From Hydrolagus affinis (Eukaryota), in assembly GCA_012026655.1 (NCBI GenBank), contig JAAILG010000322.1:1-64000 (forward strand): DNA of 64,000 bases, read 5' to 3'. Positions 36,650 to 49,248 of this stretch are shown piece by piece. The notes below the pieces were generated by a model. That model did not search any database, had not been told where the DNA came from, and saw nothing but the letters and a program-made list of their open reading frames with translations. Position numbers and translations under genes: made by a program. Positions within the stretch are counted from its first letter, which is position 1. Each line of letters begins with the position of its first letter.

Positions 36650-36860
36650 ATGCGACTGTAGAATATCCAATGTAATACCCATTTTGAAAGGTAAAGTTAA
36701 TCCAGGAAACTGCAGGTCAGTAATCTTAACGTTGATTGTATACAAGGTATTTTACAAAATATAAAAGATGAAGGAATTAGTCATCTGGAAAAGAAGAATA
36801 TAATTAAGAGCGGTCAGCATGGATTTACGAAAGGAAGGTCACGCTTGATCAATTCAGAAG
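36650..36860 (+). mobile_element. CR1 LINE RT fragment (right part)
   Basis: DCRISNVIPILKGKVNPGNCRSVILTLIV..HLEKKNIIKSGQHGFTKGRSRLIN, matching CR1 'DWRIANV.PIFKKG..PGNYRPVSLTS..QHGF.KGRSCLTN'. Confidence 0.85.
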
Positions 36861-38125
36861 GCAAAGAGGATATCATGAGGAGAACATTGCAACAAATATG
36901 GAATAAGAATAGCAAGTAGTTACCGGTGAATGACCAGTGTAATACTGACATTTTATTGAGTATTGGAAGAATATTTCTTAGTAAGAACCACAGGTAACAT
37001 ATGAAAGGCAAGAGATGTTTCAGAGAACTGGGTAATGATTAAACTTGCAAATGCAATTGATTCAGTGCACAATCCAAAGTCTGTAGCAAACCAAAATCCT
37101 GTATAATGGATGAGTATTTCAAAACAATGAAAGAGTGGTCCATGGTATGAGGTGAACATGCAAACAATTGATGTGTTTGTGGTGTACATATCCTACTGAG
37201 CAGTTGGCAGTCATGTATTCTTCCTGCATCGCACATTTTCTGGGAATGTGGGGGCGTGTTTCTGAAACAATAAAAAAAAATTCTGAGCACAAACTATCAT
37301 AATTATAGAAGTTTAAAAGTTTGGAAAATTTAAAATTGGAAAACGGTTAAACTAGGTAAAACATTTTTTTTCATTGAGTTAAAACAAAAACAACAAAGCA
37401 GAATAGGAAAGAAGAAAGAATGGAATGAAAAACACATGTACTTACATAATGTATAAAAATGAATGGAAATAGTGTTATTGTAGTTTAGCACACAGGCTGG
37501 ACAATGTTGCAATGCAGTAAAACAACCAGGGATTGTATTACAAACAAAACCCATTGTGTTACTAAACAGTAAGTGTGAAGCTTAAATGATGCTTTCTAAC
37601 ATGTGGAGGTGAAATTCATACTGGGATTATGCTGTTTTAACAATTGGTTTCTTGTGCCAATAACAGACATGAATGGACGATAAGTTCCCATGATCATTAT
37701 GGTTTACTGATTGGTGCAGGGAATGCTGCAGATTTTTTTATATATATAATATTTAAATCATAAGAGCAAAGGTGGAATCATTGATGTAGTCATCAGAAGC
37801 AGAGGTTTGTGTTGAAGCCCATGAAACACCTGAAGCTATTTTTATTTTTCATTCAATACTTAGCGGATATGTCAAGGGGCAACAGTATGAAGTGATAAAT
37901 ACTTCCACATTGAGAATGACCAGATAACTCATGAATGAATGTTGCAAATGTTTTGTGGTCGGCCTTTGCAAAAGCAGAAGGGTTCTCCAGTGATGGGAGT
38001 GTAAGTACTGTAATTCTTGAACGAGTGACCGCAATGTTTATTCTACGAGTAAACACCTTCTACTAGAATATATGGTGGAATGCTGTGTTACTGTGCATGC
38101 ACAAGTAATATTTTGGATCTAAATA

Positions 38126-38199
38126 CAGTAAAAATACGGTATGTGTTTTAACCATCATTGGTCAGGTCCCGAGGGTGCCGGATAAACAGGCTTTTACTG
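38126..38199. mobile_element. 74-bp deletion derivative of the 19167-19537 MITE
   Basis: Starts TA-CAGTAAAA; ends GGTCAGGTCCCGAGGGTGCCGGATAAACAGGCTTTTACTG, nearly identical to 19498-19537. Confidence 0.85.
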
Positions 38200-38635
38200 T
38201 GTATGAACAGTGAGATTACTAGCCCTGTCCTAAGAATAAATGTAGGGTATATTGGAGCATCTTTAGAAAAACTAATACCTGATTAACCACAGGTATAAGT
38301 CATTCCTTAGATTAAGTGAATGTTTCACTGAAAAGGGTTCAGTTGTGTTTTTGAGGTGTTAAACTGTGGAGTGTGAAGGCACTTTGCTCCCAGCAGTATC
38401 AGGATTGTGGGAACCAGAATCCTGTGTTATATTTCTTGATCCTCATTCAATCAGAGTGTAAACAAAACAGCCTAGGAAATACACGGTACACCAAAATTGG
38501 CTTCTTTAAAAATTTTAACAAAGAGCTGGTTGTACAATTGGCACTTTAATAACAGTCCATTAAAGGTTGGCTTAGAGGATGCCAAAAATCTTTCAGATGA
38601 GCGCAGTGTGAAATCACACCTGCTGTGTTTGTGCT

Positions 38636-38797
38636 GTTCACATTACGGCTGTCTGTGGGACATTGCTGTGCCTAAATTAGCTGCTGCATTCACCCGCATA
38701 ACACGTAGTCACTACACTTTACAGTAAGATCCTGTAAAATACTTTGAAACAACCTTCCAAATGTGAAAGGCGATATATCAAATGCAAGGATTATTAT
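38636..38797 (+). mobile_element. DeuSINE/family-A type 3' tail fragment
   Basis: GCTGTCTGTGGGACATTGCTGTGCCTAAATTAGCTGC..TGTGAAAGGCGATATATCAAATGCAAGGATTATTA. Confidence 0.8.
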
Positions 38798-38974
38798 GTT
38801 TTTTAACTACAGCAGGTCCAAATCAGACTGATCCTGAAAGCCTCTCTTCTCAAATGGTGTTGGGAGCAAGGGTCATGCTGGCTGAACCCTTATTTATACA
38901 TTGGCTGCCAAATCACAGCCTAAACGAAGGTGATTGGCATCAACATAGCATTGTGAATGAAGAAGCATGACTGG

Positions 38975-39360
38975 GGCCAGGGGGTTCTTCTTACTTAGCT
39001 CCTGTTAACCCTGCAAGCCAAAGCACTAATAGTTAAGGTGGCCTTTGCTAGCTAAGCAGCAAGAAGTTTGCCAGATTGTGTTCCCAATGGCAAGCTGTTG
39101 CGGATTTAACTGGTTAAACTCCAGCATTACCCCTAAAGCATATTCTGGGGTCCCCAAGCTTTAGTTCCTGCCAACCTGTGTCCAATCCTATCCGGAATTA
39201 GGTAATCAGGACGCTTTCCCTTCAAGGGAGAGAGTGTGATTTCATTCCAGGCATGGGAATCTCCATCCATATATGGCACACATATGTGGGACTCTGGATT
39301 GAATAATTGTAATGATGGTGATGGGTATCTCCATGTGTCACACAATCAGCTGCCAAAATC
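38975..39360. repeat. Unclassified interspersed repeat, copy 2
   Basis: Collinear similarity to 3205-3580, same orientation. Confidence 0.75.
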
Positions 39361-40052
39361 AAAACCCTGTGGCATTAGATGTAAAATGATGGTGATTTGT
39401 AGAATCATTATTTTCTTCCCCAATCCTATATTTAAAATCATTTTCATGGTAGATGGTATTTGTTTGTGGGTTACTGTGATTCTGAGAAGGGTGATTGCTT
39501 TTAGTGGTGCATCTACACCACTAAGGTGAAGATCATATGCATTTTAAGATTTAGTGACCTTGAGTTAGTTACCTTCATATGGAATAGAGAAGAGATAAAG
39601 ATCTTTGATGATCTTTCATATAACAAACAGGTAAGCAATAGTCAAATCAACAGGATGGATTCAGCCGAATTATACTTCAAATCTTGTATCAAAATAGAAT
39701 TACAAAATTTGAAATATGCTTAGCAATGTGTATTCCTAAGTGTATTTCAAAACTTCAGCAAATTTATTGGTCTGTTTCTAATACAGTATTAATTCAAAAT
39801 TATAAATCAGAATGATTTACTGGAACATTTGGTCCGTACCTACAAATGTTAAACACCAAAGTGTTTTATGTGCTTTTAGCACAAAAGTGTATTCTGTAAC
39901 TGTGTAAAAATGTCCTTTCTTAACAAATCGATTACATTTCTTTCATGGCCTTCATAGCTTTCATGGCCATTAATATCAAAGTAGTCAGTGTATGTGTATG
40001 AACAGTGGGGAGCTGGCTGTAAACCATCTGAACAGGGTTTTCTATTCTTCAG

Positions 40053-40192
40053 CTACCTTCACCTGCGGAGTGTTGCGGACCCTGCTGAGTAATGTGAAGT
40101 TTGGAGAGACGACCTCTTACAAGCAGTTGGCAGCACAAGCCGGCAATTACAAAGCAGTGAGAGCGGTGGGAGGAGCAATGAGGAGCAATCCT
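40053..40192 (+). CDS. MGMT: MGMT internal coding exon (equivalent to human exon 4; DNA-binding HTH)
   Basis: TTTTCTATTCTTCAG acceptor and CCT|GTAAGT donor; 140 nt. Encodes (A)[46 protein letters not shown] (human [47 protein letters not shown]). In frame with the previous exon. Confidence 0.96.
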
Positions 40193-40254
40193 GTAAGTTT
40201 CCGCTACATGTGAAATGCTGAAGACACTGGATGCTTCATACACATTATACTAAC

Positions 40255-40325
40255 AGTAATAATCCTTGCATTTGATATAGCACCTTATGGCGTTCGAGAC
40301 ACACCCAACTGCTTCACACACTATA
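40255..40325 (-). mobile_element. SINE tail stub
   Basis: AATAATCCTTGCATTTGATATAGCACC, reverse complement of the family tail. Confidence 0.7.
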
Positions 40326-40454
40326 TATTAGGGCTCATTTTCCAGCTAGGACTACCCCTGCTCGTCAGCTTCCAGGGTCAAAAGCCTGGGTGGGGATCAT
40401 CTAATACCTCAAGTGGATGGTCAATCCACTCAAGCTAGTCAACTATCAACAATG

Positions 40455-40742
40455 CTTTTGATTACCGCAGTCCTACTCTGACTTCACTGGCTCCCTGTCA
40501 CAGAGCGGATAGACTTCAAGATCCTGACTCTTGTGTGTAACTCCCTCCCCTTCCCACCTATCTAATCTCATCTCCCCTCACAGCAGTACCTGCTGCCTAT
40601 GCTATACTGGGTCTGGCCTCCTCCTAGTCCCCCGAATCCTCCACTCCACCATCGACGGCCGTGCTTTAGGTCACTGTGCCCCAAAGCTCTGGAACTCCCT
40701 TCCTCAAGGTGCTACATAAATCTAAGTTGTTTGTTTGTTTGA
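40455..40742 (+). mobile_element. L2 LINE 3' fragment
   Basis: ITAVLL*LHWLPVTERIDFKILTL..SNLISP..GSGLLLVPRILHSTIDGRALGHCAPKLWNSLP, L2 ORF2 C-terminus. Confidence 0.85.
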
Positions 40743-41151
40743 TTACTAAAGAACTCCCTGGTCTTGCTAGAGTCTCTTTACATTCAGTTCACCCACAGGG
40801 AGATCAGCATGCCTGTTCTACTCCCGAACCACAGAAGAAAATATGTAAATATGATCTTATTTACATATTCACCTTGAAAAGGTTGAAACCCCAAAAGTTT
40901 GTACGCCCAAAGCTTCTGGCCCCAAGTCGGCAACTTCATATACATTGGTGATAACACTTGGAATTGATGCTTTACCACATCATTTTGTCTATACACATTT
41001 AAGCCACATTGAAAAAGAAAGTTATTTAAAATATTTTCTTCTGGAAATAACCTTTATACTTTGTGGATTATAAGAAAATACAGTACACAAGAACGGTAGA
41101 CTATAATATGAGAAATGCTGTAAATTTCATCTTGATCTGCCAATCCACCCT

Positions 41152-41480
41152 AATAATAATAATAATAATAATCCTCCCATTTGATACAGCGCTTTTCACA
41201 TCTTATCGACGTCTCAAAGCGCTTCACAGAATAGACTGTAAAGTGAATTGACTGTATAAATTTGTGGGTGAAACATGACAGCCAATTGCGCACAACAGTG
41301 TCCCAACAATGGTGTATTGAAATGACCAATTTTATTATTGTGGTTTTTTTTTGGAGGGATTATTATTAGGTGTGTGGCGTAAGGAAACTTGCCCAAGGGT
41401 TCGCCCTGATCTGCCTGGATTCGAACACAGGGTCTCATACTTGTAAGGCGAGTGGCCTAACCACTGAGCTACAGGAGCTC
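41152..41480 (-). mobile_element. SINE family A, full length, minus strand
   Basis: Minus strand GAGCTCCTGTAGCTCAGTGGTTAGGCCACTCGCCTTACAAG..GTTCGAATCCAGGCAG..CCTTGGGCAAGTTTCCTTAC.., ending (ATT)n. Confidence 0.9.
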
Positions 41481-44400
41481 AACAGGAGCTTATAAATCCT
41501 TTTGCTTTTGTTCCTCCAACACACACTCACTCATACATTTTATCCGTTTTTGTCATCCCACTCTGCTTCCCACCAAACAATCATGATTATGAAGTACCTA
41601 GTTTATACTAAACTAAGAATTTTGAATTTGTATGTAAATTTGTATGAATTTGACATCCAATCTCTAAACTAGCCAGAAGAGTAACTGCCAAACTTTGAAT
41701 TGAGCCAGACCAGCTCAGAAGCATGAGGAATGAACTAACACAGAAATTCAATATCCAAAGCCCAAGGCAAAAAAAAAATGACTCCCAATAATTCTCAGTT
41801 TATCATGCCAGGGTTCCCGCTCTGTCATTTTTCTCTACCTACTCTGTGCTTGTATACAAGCAGTAATTTCTCTGCAATTTCTTTCACCCAAGTTCCTTTA
41901 CTAGCTCATGCATCTTGAAATATGTTGAAGGCTGTGAAAAAAAATAGTGTTACAATGGGCAAGAGTAGTGGCCACTTTTTCTCCCCCCTAACATCTCACG
42001 AACCCACCCTTGCATATATGTGATATGGATCTGAACATCAGGTTCCTCCAATGAATGCATCGGATATGGACTGCATTGCAGTTACAACCAATGTCCTCGA
42101 CAAATAGATGGGGCAAATACTGCTCCATCAAGATTGCGGGGAGAAATGACCCCAGTGAAGGCATCCACATTTCAAGTCACTTGGGACAGGAATTTAAACC
42201 ACACGCCTCCTTTCGAAAGTACTGTATAACAATGAACTGCTAGGATTACTGAGCTACTATTCTACATTTAAACTTAAAAATCTAGAAATAAATGTTACAG
42301 TTATATTGCCTCGCTGCTATTTTGCTTTAACATATTTTCCTTTCTAAGCCAGTTTACCCTGCATTATTATATTCACGGAAAACGCAAAGTGACCTGTCAG
42401 ATTTTGTTGAATTTGCACCTTTTCACCTTTAAAAGATTGTCTATTCATTTTTTATAAGATGCACACATTTGCCAGAAAATTGCATCCACTTATCAAGAAT
42501 GTGCACTGAAAGTTGAGATTTATTTTGCGATGTATTTTAAGATATACTACTCAGGTATATCAATACTGTCGGTTTCAATGGTATCTGTAGTGCAAATCTT
42601 GAGCGCTACCTCAAGCACTAGTTATTCACTGACTGTGAATACATAATGTGATGCATATCTAACCCCAAATAAAAGCTGATACTATCTGAGAGATATTTCT
42701 TTTAAACTAATATTGTACTAAGAAAGGGTTTAAAAAGTCCACTTTGTTTCTTGCACGTATAATATGGTCAGAGGCTAAACTGCTTCCATTTCTAATCATG
42801 ATGTCTGAGGTTACCAAATTCCTTCGTACACTTCTACAAGTTTTCCTTTGTAGTTATCTCGCTACGTATAATTCATACAGTGACCTTCAACTTTATGAGA
42901 AGGTAGATGAGGTGTTGGCAGTAGCTGAGAGATGCAATGTCTTTGCTACAAATTATGCCAAGGACAAAGCGGAGCAACTCACCTTTGCAGCAAAGAAACT
43001 TCAAATACTTTGCTGTATTTCAGATTGATTGTGAGGTCTGTGGTCCTCAAAGGGCAAACGTAGAGTTCAATTAACAAGCTCATTAGAACAGTACAGGAGG
43101 CCCATAAAAGAATCATAAAGGCTCTTGGGAGTAAGGGAATGGAGGACTGATTAGTTCAAGGTCATCTTAAATGAGTACCATGCAACTTAAGCAAGATGTC
43201 ACTGACGACTGTAATTGTCTATAATGATGAAACTAAATAAAGAGCTTTCTTTGTGAATTCATCTTCTTATGTAACCCAGAACTTACTGTTCAAATTAAAC
43301 TAAGTGGTCACTGGCCTAGGTAAGGTACATTTCAAATGTTGGCTGCCTTATTAATATTCCAAGTAATGAGGAAAGTGTGGGGGCATTTTGCAATTTGTAA
43401 TTTACTTGTATGATCCTCTTGTGTAGATTTTGTGACTGCGACTTATTTTTATTTGGAGAGAGCAGAAATACGTGGGGCTTGGGAAAACAAACCTGTCACA
43501 TCTGTTTCCTTGCAAGTCCAGGGTTGTTCATCACAAATCAGTTATGTTTTTTTCCCCAAATGCTGTTTTCAGAATTTAAATGATAAAATCCCAAAGTGCC
43601 TATTGTACTGTTCTGTCAATTACTAGCATATATATAGATATATAGATATACCACTTCTGGAAGCTTTACAATATCCCAGTTCAGCACCCTGCATCATATA
43701 TTGAAACTGACACATGCAAATACTACAGAGATATCATATAGTTGGATTAGTCAACTTTGCACTGCATTGTGATGAGTTGGGAAATGAAACAATGAGAAGC
43801 CTTCTGAGAGAAATATTTCACCTACATGTAGGTTTGCCAAAGCTCAACCTAAAACTATTTGTACCTTGATAACCCACAGAAGGATAAGGAAAATGTAAAT
43901 TGTTTGTCAGCATTCGAGTTCACAATGTATTTGAGACCAAATCATAAAGGAAAGGGCAATTGTGATGGATGCCAGGATCGCTGGACAGATGAGGTTTGCT
44001 GAATGTAAGGTTATCATATCCATTAATAGAAATGTTACTTATTTGGTTATTATTTGCACAAATAAATGTAGAAAACTACTGACTAACTTGCTTAATTCTA
44101 GATAAAGAGACAAAATACAACAACAACAAAATTATATTTATAGAGCGCCTTTCACGTTGGGATGTTGAGCATTAGTAAAACATTTTTCAGCGACCTCAAA
44201 TGGAATTAGAACTGGTAATATCAAGACAACTAAGTTTAGAACAATTCTATATTTTACTATAACCTCACAATGTACATGGGCATTTTCCACTTGTTGGCTA
44301 CTAAGACCGTTAGAATCAAAAGCTGGATTTATGCGGCAGATTTCTGAATATGGGAAAGTTGCGAGAATCTTAAAAGCTCCTTTGCTGATTTATATTTGTT

Positions 44401-46699
44401 TCATCTTAATAATTAGTGAGGGTCAGGGTGCAGCATTTAATGGACTCACAATCAGCAGCTAATAAGGCCACAGAGAAACTTCTAGAACAATTACAACGGA
44501 AACCATTCCAGCTCTCGCGTTTGTTTTTTAACCTGATTTTAATTGTTGGATATCTTGGAATTTCACACATTCTTACAGGCATTGGTTACCCTCAATTTAC
44601 AATTCATAGCATTTTACACCATACCCCTCATGTAAACATTCACTACCTTCTTTACTAATCTTGTATTTCTTTATCTGCCACCCTCTACTCTGTAGCAGGG
44701 CTTCACATAGCATTTGTTCTGAGGAAAGGTCAAGTACATTGGCATCTTACAAAGATGCTCTTACAAATTGGCTAGTGGATTTCTAGCATTTCGATTTAAG
44801 ATTTCCTGTATCTGTCGTTTTACTTTTTATTGTAAGCTGTCAAAGAAACCTGGTGTAGGGAACTTTGGAACCGCAGAGACATTTACAGCTAAAGGTGAAT
44901 ATGGTTTGGGCAACTCAGCTTGGTGTCTTCAATTTCTTGTGAGACAGGATAGTGTAGGCCTATAGTAGCTTCAACGCATCAAGAGTTGTTCACTTTAAGC
45001 CCCTTATTTCATATTTATCCCTTTCCCCTTTGAATAAAACAGCGGTTGCCATCATTGAAGCACATGGAATTTATTAATACAGTAGCACTATCAAAAGGTG
45101 TAGCCCTTAATTAAAAGGGTTCATACTTAATACTCACTCAGATCTCAATAAAATGTATCATATAGGGAGTAATGCTCAGTGTATTCACTGCTTAGCGTAT
45201 TTCACTAAATATAACAGCAACAACTTGCATTTATATAAGCGCGCCTCACGCAGGATAGTGTCCCGGGGCACTAATTAAGATGTAGTTAAATGCAGTAAAA
45301 TATACACCATGTGGCATATTTAATTGAGGTCTATGTTGGGTATAACATATGTATGTATTGCATTTATTGGTATGTGTTTTTAAATCTTTCCCACTGGAAT
45401 GCTAACCTTTTCTCCCAGGAATTTGTCCTAGCACTGCAGCTAGGACTTCAGATATTTTCCTATTGCTTTCTTCCAAATCAGTTATAATCATTATGATGTA
45501 TTGGCCTTGTGACATTTTAGTTGGCTGGTTGCAAGGCTGCAAGTTTCCAGACTTTTCAGCACACGCTTAAAAAATATTGGACTTCTGGAACATCCTGACT
45601 TCGTTGGATTGCAACAGGAGATGGGAAAATAGTGTGGGAAAATTGTGAACTTCTATGAATGGAGTTCACAGTACTGAACAACAAATGGATGACTTGGCTT
45701 TGTAACCCAGCTTGTTGACAATTGAAGATGGATTTGGAAATAGATACGGTTATGTACCTGAATTAAGTCAGTTGGCCATAGTGGAATGGTCACTTTCTAC
45801 TGTATAAAGCCTAAAACAAGTAATGAGTTTGACACCACTGTTGAACAGTGCACCATTCAGTCTACTGACAGGATTTGCTAAATGCAGTTCAAAGACAATC
45901 AATACATGGTACAGAGAGTTTTTTCTTTACCTTTTTTTTTAAACAAGAGCTTTATAGGGAGTTAGTTTATTCACAGATTGCCACAAGCATTAATGACTGC
46001 CAGCATCTTGTTTTGCCAGTCACCTAGATGGCTGTTGATAAAGATTTAGCATCATGTTCTAAGTGTCAGGGCTGTCAGTAGTGCTGAACCATTTGACCAG
46101 AAGAAAAAACGCACAGGGAGCTATTGATTACAGCTTCTCAGTGTCACTTGTTCGCCAGGATTTAGGTATTGATGAGGCCTGGAGTGAAAACAAGTCCTTT
46201 CCCTAGTGGGCTCTACCCAGAAGTGCAAAATGCAAAGTTAGAGAGAATATTCAGCTGTTACCTGAATCTAAGGGATTCCAGTATTGATTGAAAGACTCCT
46301 TCATGTTATTTTTTTGTTCAGGACAAATCTATGGTTTAAGAAGTTTGCAATGCATGAAAAGGTAAGGCTATCTGAACAGAATTAACAGGGTTCATAGAAA
46401 AAGTGTGGCAGAAGTCTGACAAACCAAACTACCTCAAATTATATTAACTTGCAGAATAATACCGCCAACAGCAATAACAATTTCTTCAATGCAAAGCAAT
46501 TTTTTCAATGTTAATTTTATATCTTCAGATTGTTCTGCTTTATATATTCACATGATTACTACTAATTTTAAAGGATAGAGAAAGCAGATAGGCAGCAAGC
46601 ATAGAGGTCTTTGCCGGTGCCTCTGTAAGCAACCAATTGGTGTTCCTCAACATTACAGGTTTATATCTTCTCCAGGGGCCTGAATCTTCTCATGGTTTT

Positions 46700-46865
46700 A
46701 GCCCTGAGATCGATTTAGGAAAACATTTCATGCTTAGGAGAAACTTCTTTGCATGTAGTTTGTTGCTGTTTATGCAGAAGACGATGAGAATGTGCAACTC
46801 ACTGCTAGAACCTGTGGTTGGAAGCAAAAAGTATTAACATATTTTAGAGGAAACTTAATGCACAC
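46700..46865 (+). mobile_element. CR1 3' fragment
   Basis: AGGAGAAACTTCTTT..TTTATGCAGAAGACGATGAGAATGTGCAACTCACTGC..GTGGTTGGAAGC..TTTAGAGGAAACTT (RRNFF..RV.R.WNSL..VVEA..F.GKL type). Confidence 0.6.
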
Positions 46866-46889
46866 TCGCAATATTGTAAGAAATAATCC

Positions 46890-47102
46890 TTAAACTGAGG
46901 TCACTGTCTACCTGCTGGTGGATATTAAAAGATCCTGTGACATTATTCAGATAGCGAAGGGAGTTTCTACTGGTGTCCCAGCCAACAGCCTCCCTGATAA
47001 AATTAGTCATTCACTTCATGGCTGTTTGGGAAGGCATTGCTGTATGCCAAATTGGCGCAAAATCCGACGTGCTAAGGCACAATATCAAAATGCAAGGATT
47101 CA
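46890..47102 (+). mobile_element. DeuSINE central/3' fragment
   Basis: TTAAACTGAGGTCACTGTCTACCTG..GGTGGATATTAAAAGATCCTGTGACATTATTC..GGAGTTTCTACTGGTGTCCCAGCCAAC..AATGCAAGGATT. Confidence 0.75.
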
Positions 47103-48624
47103 AGTATTATATTCACTAAATACAGTTTTTGAATGGTCCAGCAGAGAATTCCAGCTTCATTTGGGAGAAAAAAGAGACACCAACAACTTTTGTGGAACCC
47201 ACAAGTTGCAATGTTGTGTAGTGCCATCAGCCTGCCTGTTTTACACCAGTTTTGTATTAAAAAAAAGCTGAAGCTCTAAGGTTAGTGGCACAATAAATAT
47301 TTTAATATTCAATGAATTTGCTCTAGAGAGAGGCTATCAATCAAAATGAAACCATACTTCACAGATAGAAACAATCAATGACTTCTATTTGAAAAAAAAG
47401 CACAAAACAAGTGAAGATTGAACAACAAGGTTGAAACTGGCAAGATACTGTTTAATCATAGAAATAATGTAATTCATTCAATCCTTTCTTATGAGGTTAG
47501 AATAGTTTTTTTTTACTCTGCTGTATAGATGCACTAAAATATATTAAGGGTTTAATAAAACAGTTGAATTTAAGCAAAGCATTCAGTAAAATATCCATAA
47601 ATGTATATTTTTCAAATCTAAAGAAAAATGATGTTAGGTATGGAGAAATGCACCGAGTAGAATGCGGAAGAAGAACACATTGAATACTATTTAAATATTG
47701 ATTTAAAAAAAACTGGTGCAATTATATTGTTGCAACTATAATGTATTAAAGCATAAGTCCATGGGGTAAAAAAAATTGCATGGGAAAGAAAGGAAAGTTC
47801 AAGGGTTATAGTTGTTCATACAATCTGTCATTGCTTTAGACACAAGGCAATTTTAATGGAAATGACAGTGATGAAAGGAAATTATATTGGTTCATCTGGT
47901 TGAAGCTTCATTCCTGCGACACTCAATACTCTTGATTCCAGGCCTTTTATAACTCTTTTAACTGAAGTGTTTAATGCAATATCTTGTGATTACAGCAGCT
48001 ATGACAAATGAATTTCCAGAATTGACTAAGGTCATAACATATAGTGCATTCTCCCAAAGTAAGCCATGCACTCATCATAATGTTGCACTGAATAAAAGGT
48101 GAAGTGTTAAAGCAAAGTAAAATATGGCTAAATTTCACTGTGAATAATCCTTGTGTTTTATCGTAGTAAAACATCTCAAAATTATTATATTTTTGCGATA
48201 TTGGATAGTGACTGTATTCATTAATGAAATGAATGGATCTGTTTCCTTTTAGCACCAATGAAGCAATGAATATAATTCACCTGTGTTTTACTGATTAATA
48301 GCTACATTTCTGCTAGACCAAAGATAGAAACTGAAACAGTGATGTCTTTAACAACAACAACAAAATTACATTGTAGAACGCTTTTCAAGTCAGGAGGACA
48401 TCCAAAGGCGCTGAACAGTTAAAATCGAATATTGCTCTTACCTAGTAGAGCACTTTCACAATGAATGAACCCATTACTCCAAGTGATACCTTTTTTTGGC
48501 TAAGAATGATTGTGACATGTGTTAGAGGGGCAATTCAATCAAAATTTGCATATGCTATGTTAGGTTGCAGAACAAATTACAGCATGAAGAATAAAAGAAT
48601 TATGTATAAGTATTAAGAAAATCT

Positions 48625-48715
48625 TGCTGAAGATTACAGACAAATCTAGGTAAATGGAAAATATGGGCAGATGTCTGGCAAATGAAGGTACATTTTGGGG
48701 GATTAAGAATCATAT
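48625..48715 (+). mobile_element. CR1 RT fragment
   Basis: LQTNLGKWKIWADVWQMK..HFG, matching CR1 'LQ.DLD.L..WA..WQM.FN..K..HFG'. Confidence 0.55.
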
Positions 48716-48779
48716 AAGTCATAAAAAAACAACTTTGCTACAGGAAAACTGGAAAAAAGAATTTTAAAATTTGAGCAAA

Positions 48780-49122
48780 TGGCCAGCACATTTGAGTTTG
48801 AAAATTGCGCTTTCACCTCTGGGCCCTTTGTTTTAAATCTAACCTAAACTGCTGAACACCTTTCATCTAGCTGTAACTGTCCTATGTGAAATTGGTTTGA
48901 AGGCATTCTCCACCCAGTTGCTAATGAGTGTGAGTCCACAGCACAAAAGTGCTCATAATTTAGCACCAATTGGCTCTAAATTGGTAGTGTCACACAGAGG
49001 AGTCATAAAGATGGCTAGTGCAGAAAAGGAATGGTCACACTAATAAGAGCGTATTCTTCTGAGTTATGGGTTAAGGTGGATTATTTCAGGGAGGGAGGGG
49101 AACTTTGCCCTAAATGTTGACA
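48780..49122 (+). mobile_element. LF-SINE-like ancient SINE relic
   Basis: Ordered blocks CTTTCACCTCTGGG..CCTATGTGAAAT..CCCAGTTGCTA..GTCCACAGCACAAAA..TTTAGCACCAATTGG..GGGTTAAGG match the LF-SINE consensus as recalled. Confidence 0.6.
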
Positions 49123-49248
49123 CTAAGGATGAGAAATTCATCAGCCCTTAATGTTAGCAAGCTCGTCCCAGTTGAGAAAAAAGTGTGGAATAACAGGAGT
49201 TAGTACTGACTAATGCTCTCAATATTCCTCCCTTCAAATTCTGAAATT

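Noticed and set aside
39992-40213. 73-aa ORF as a standalone gene
   Set aside because: It is MGMT exon 4 with flanking intron sequence.
42744-43028. 94-aa ORF with protein-like composition
   Set aside because: It has a non-ATG start, no recognisable family and no supporting splice context; possibly a TE remnant.
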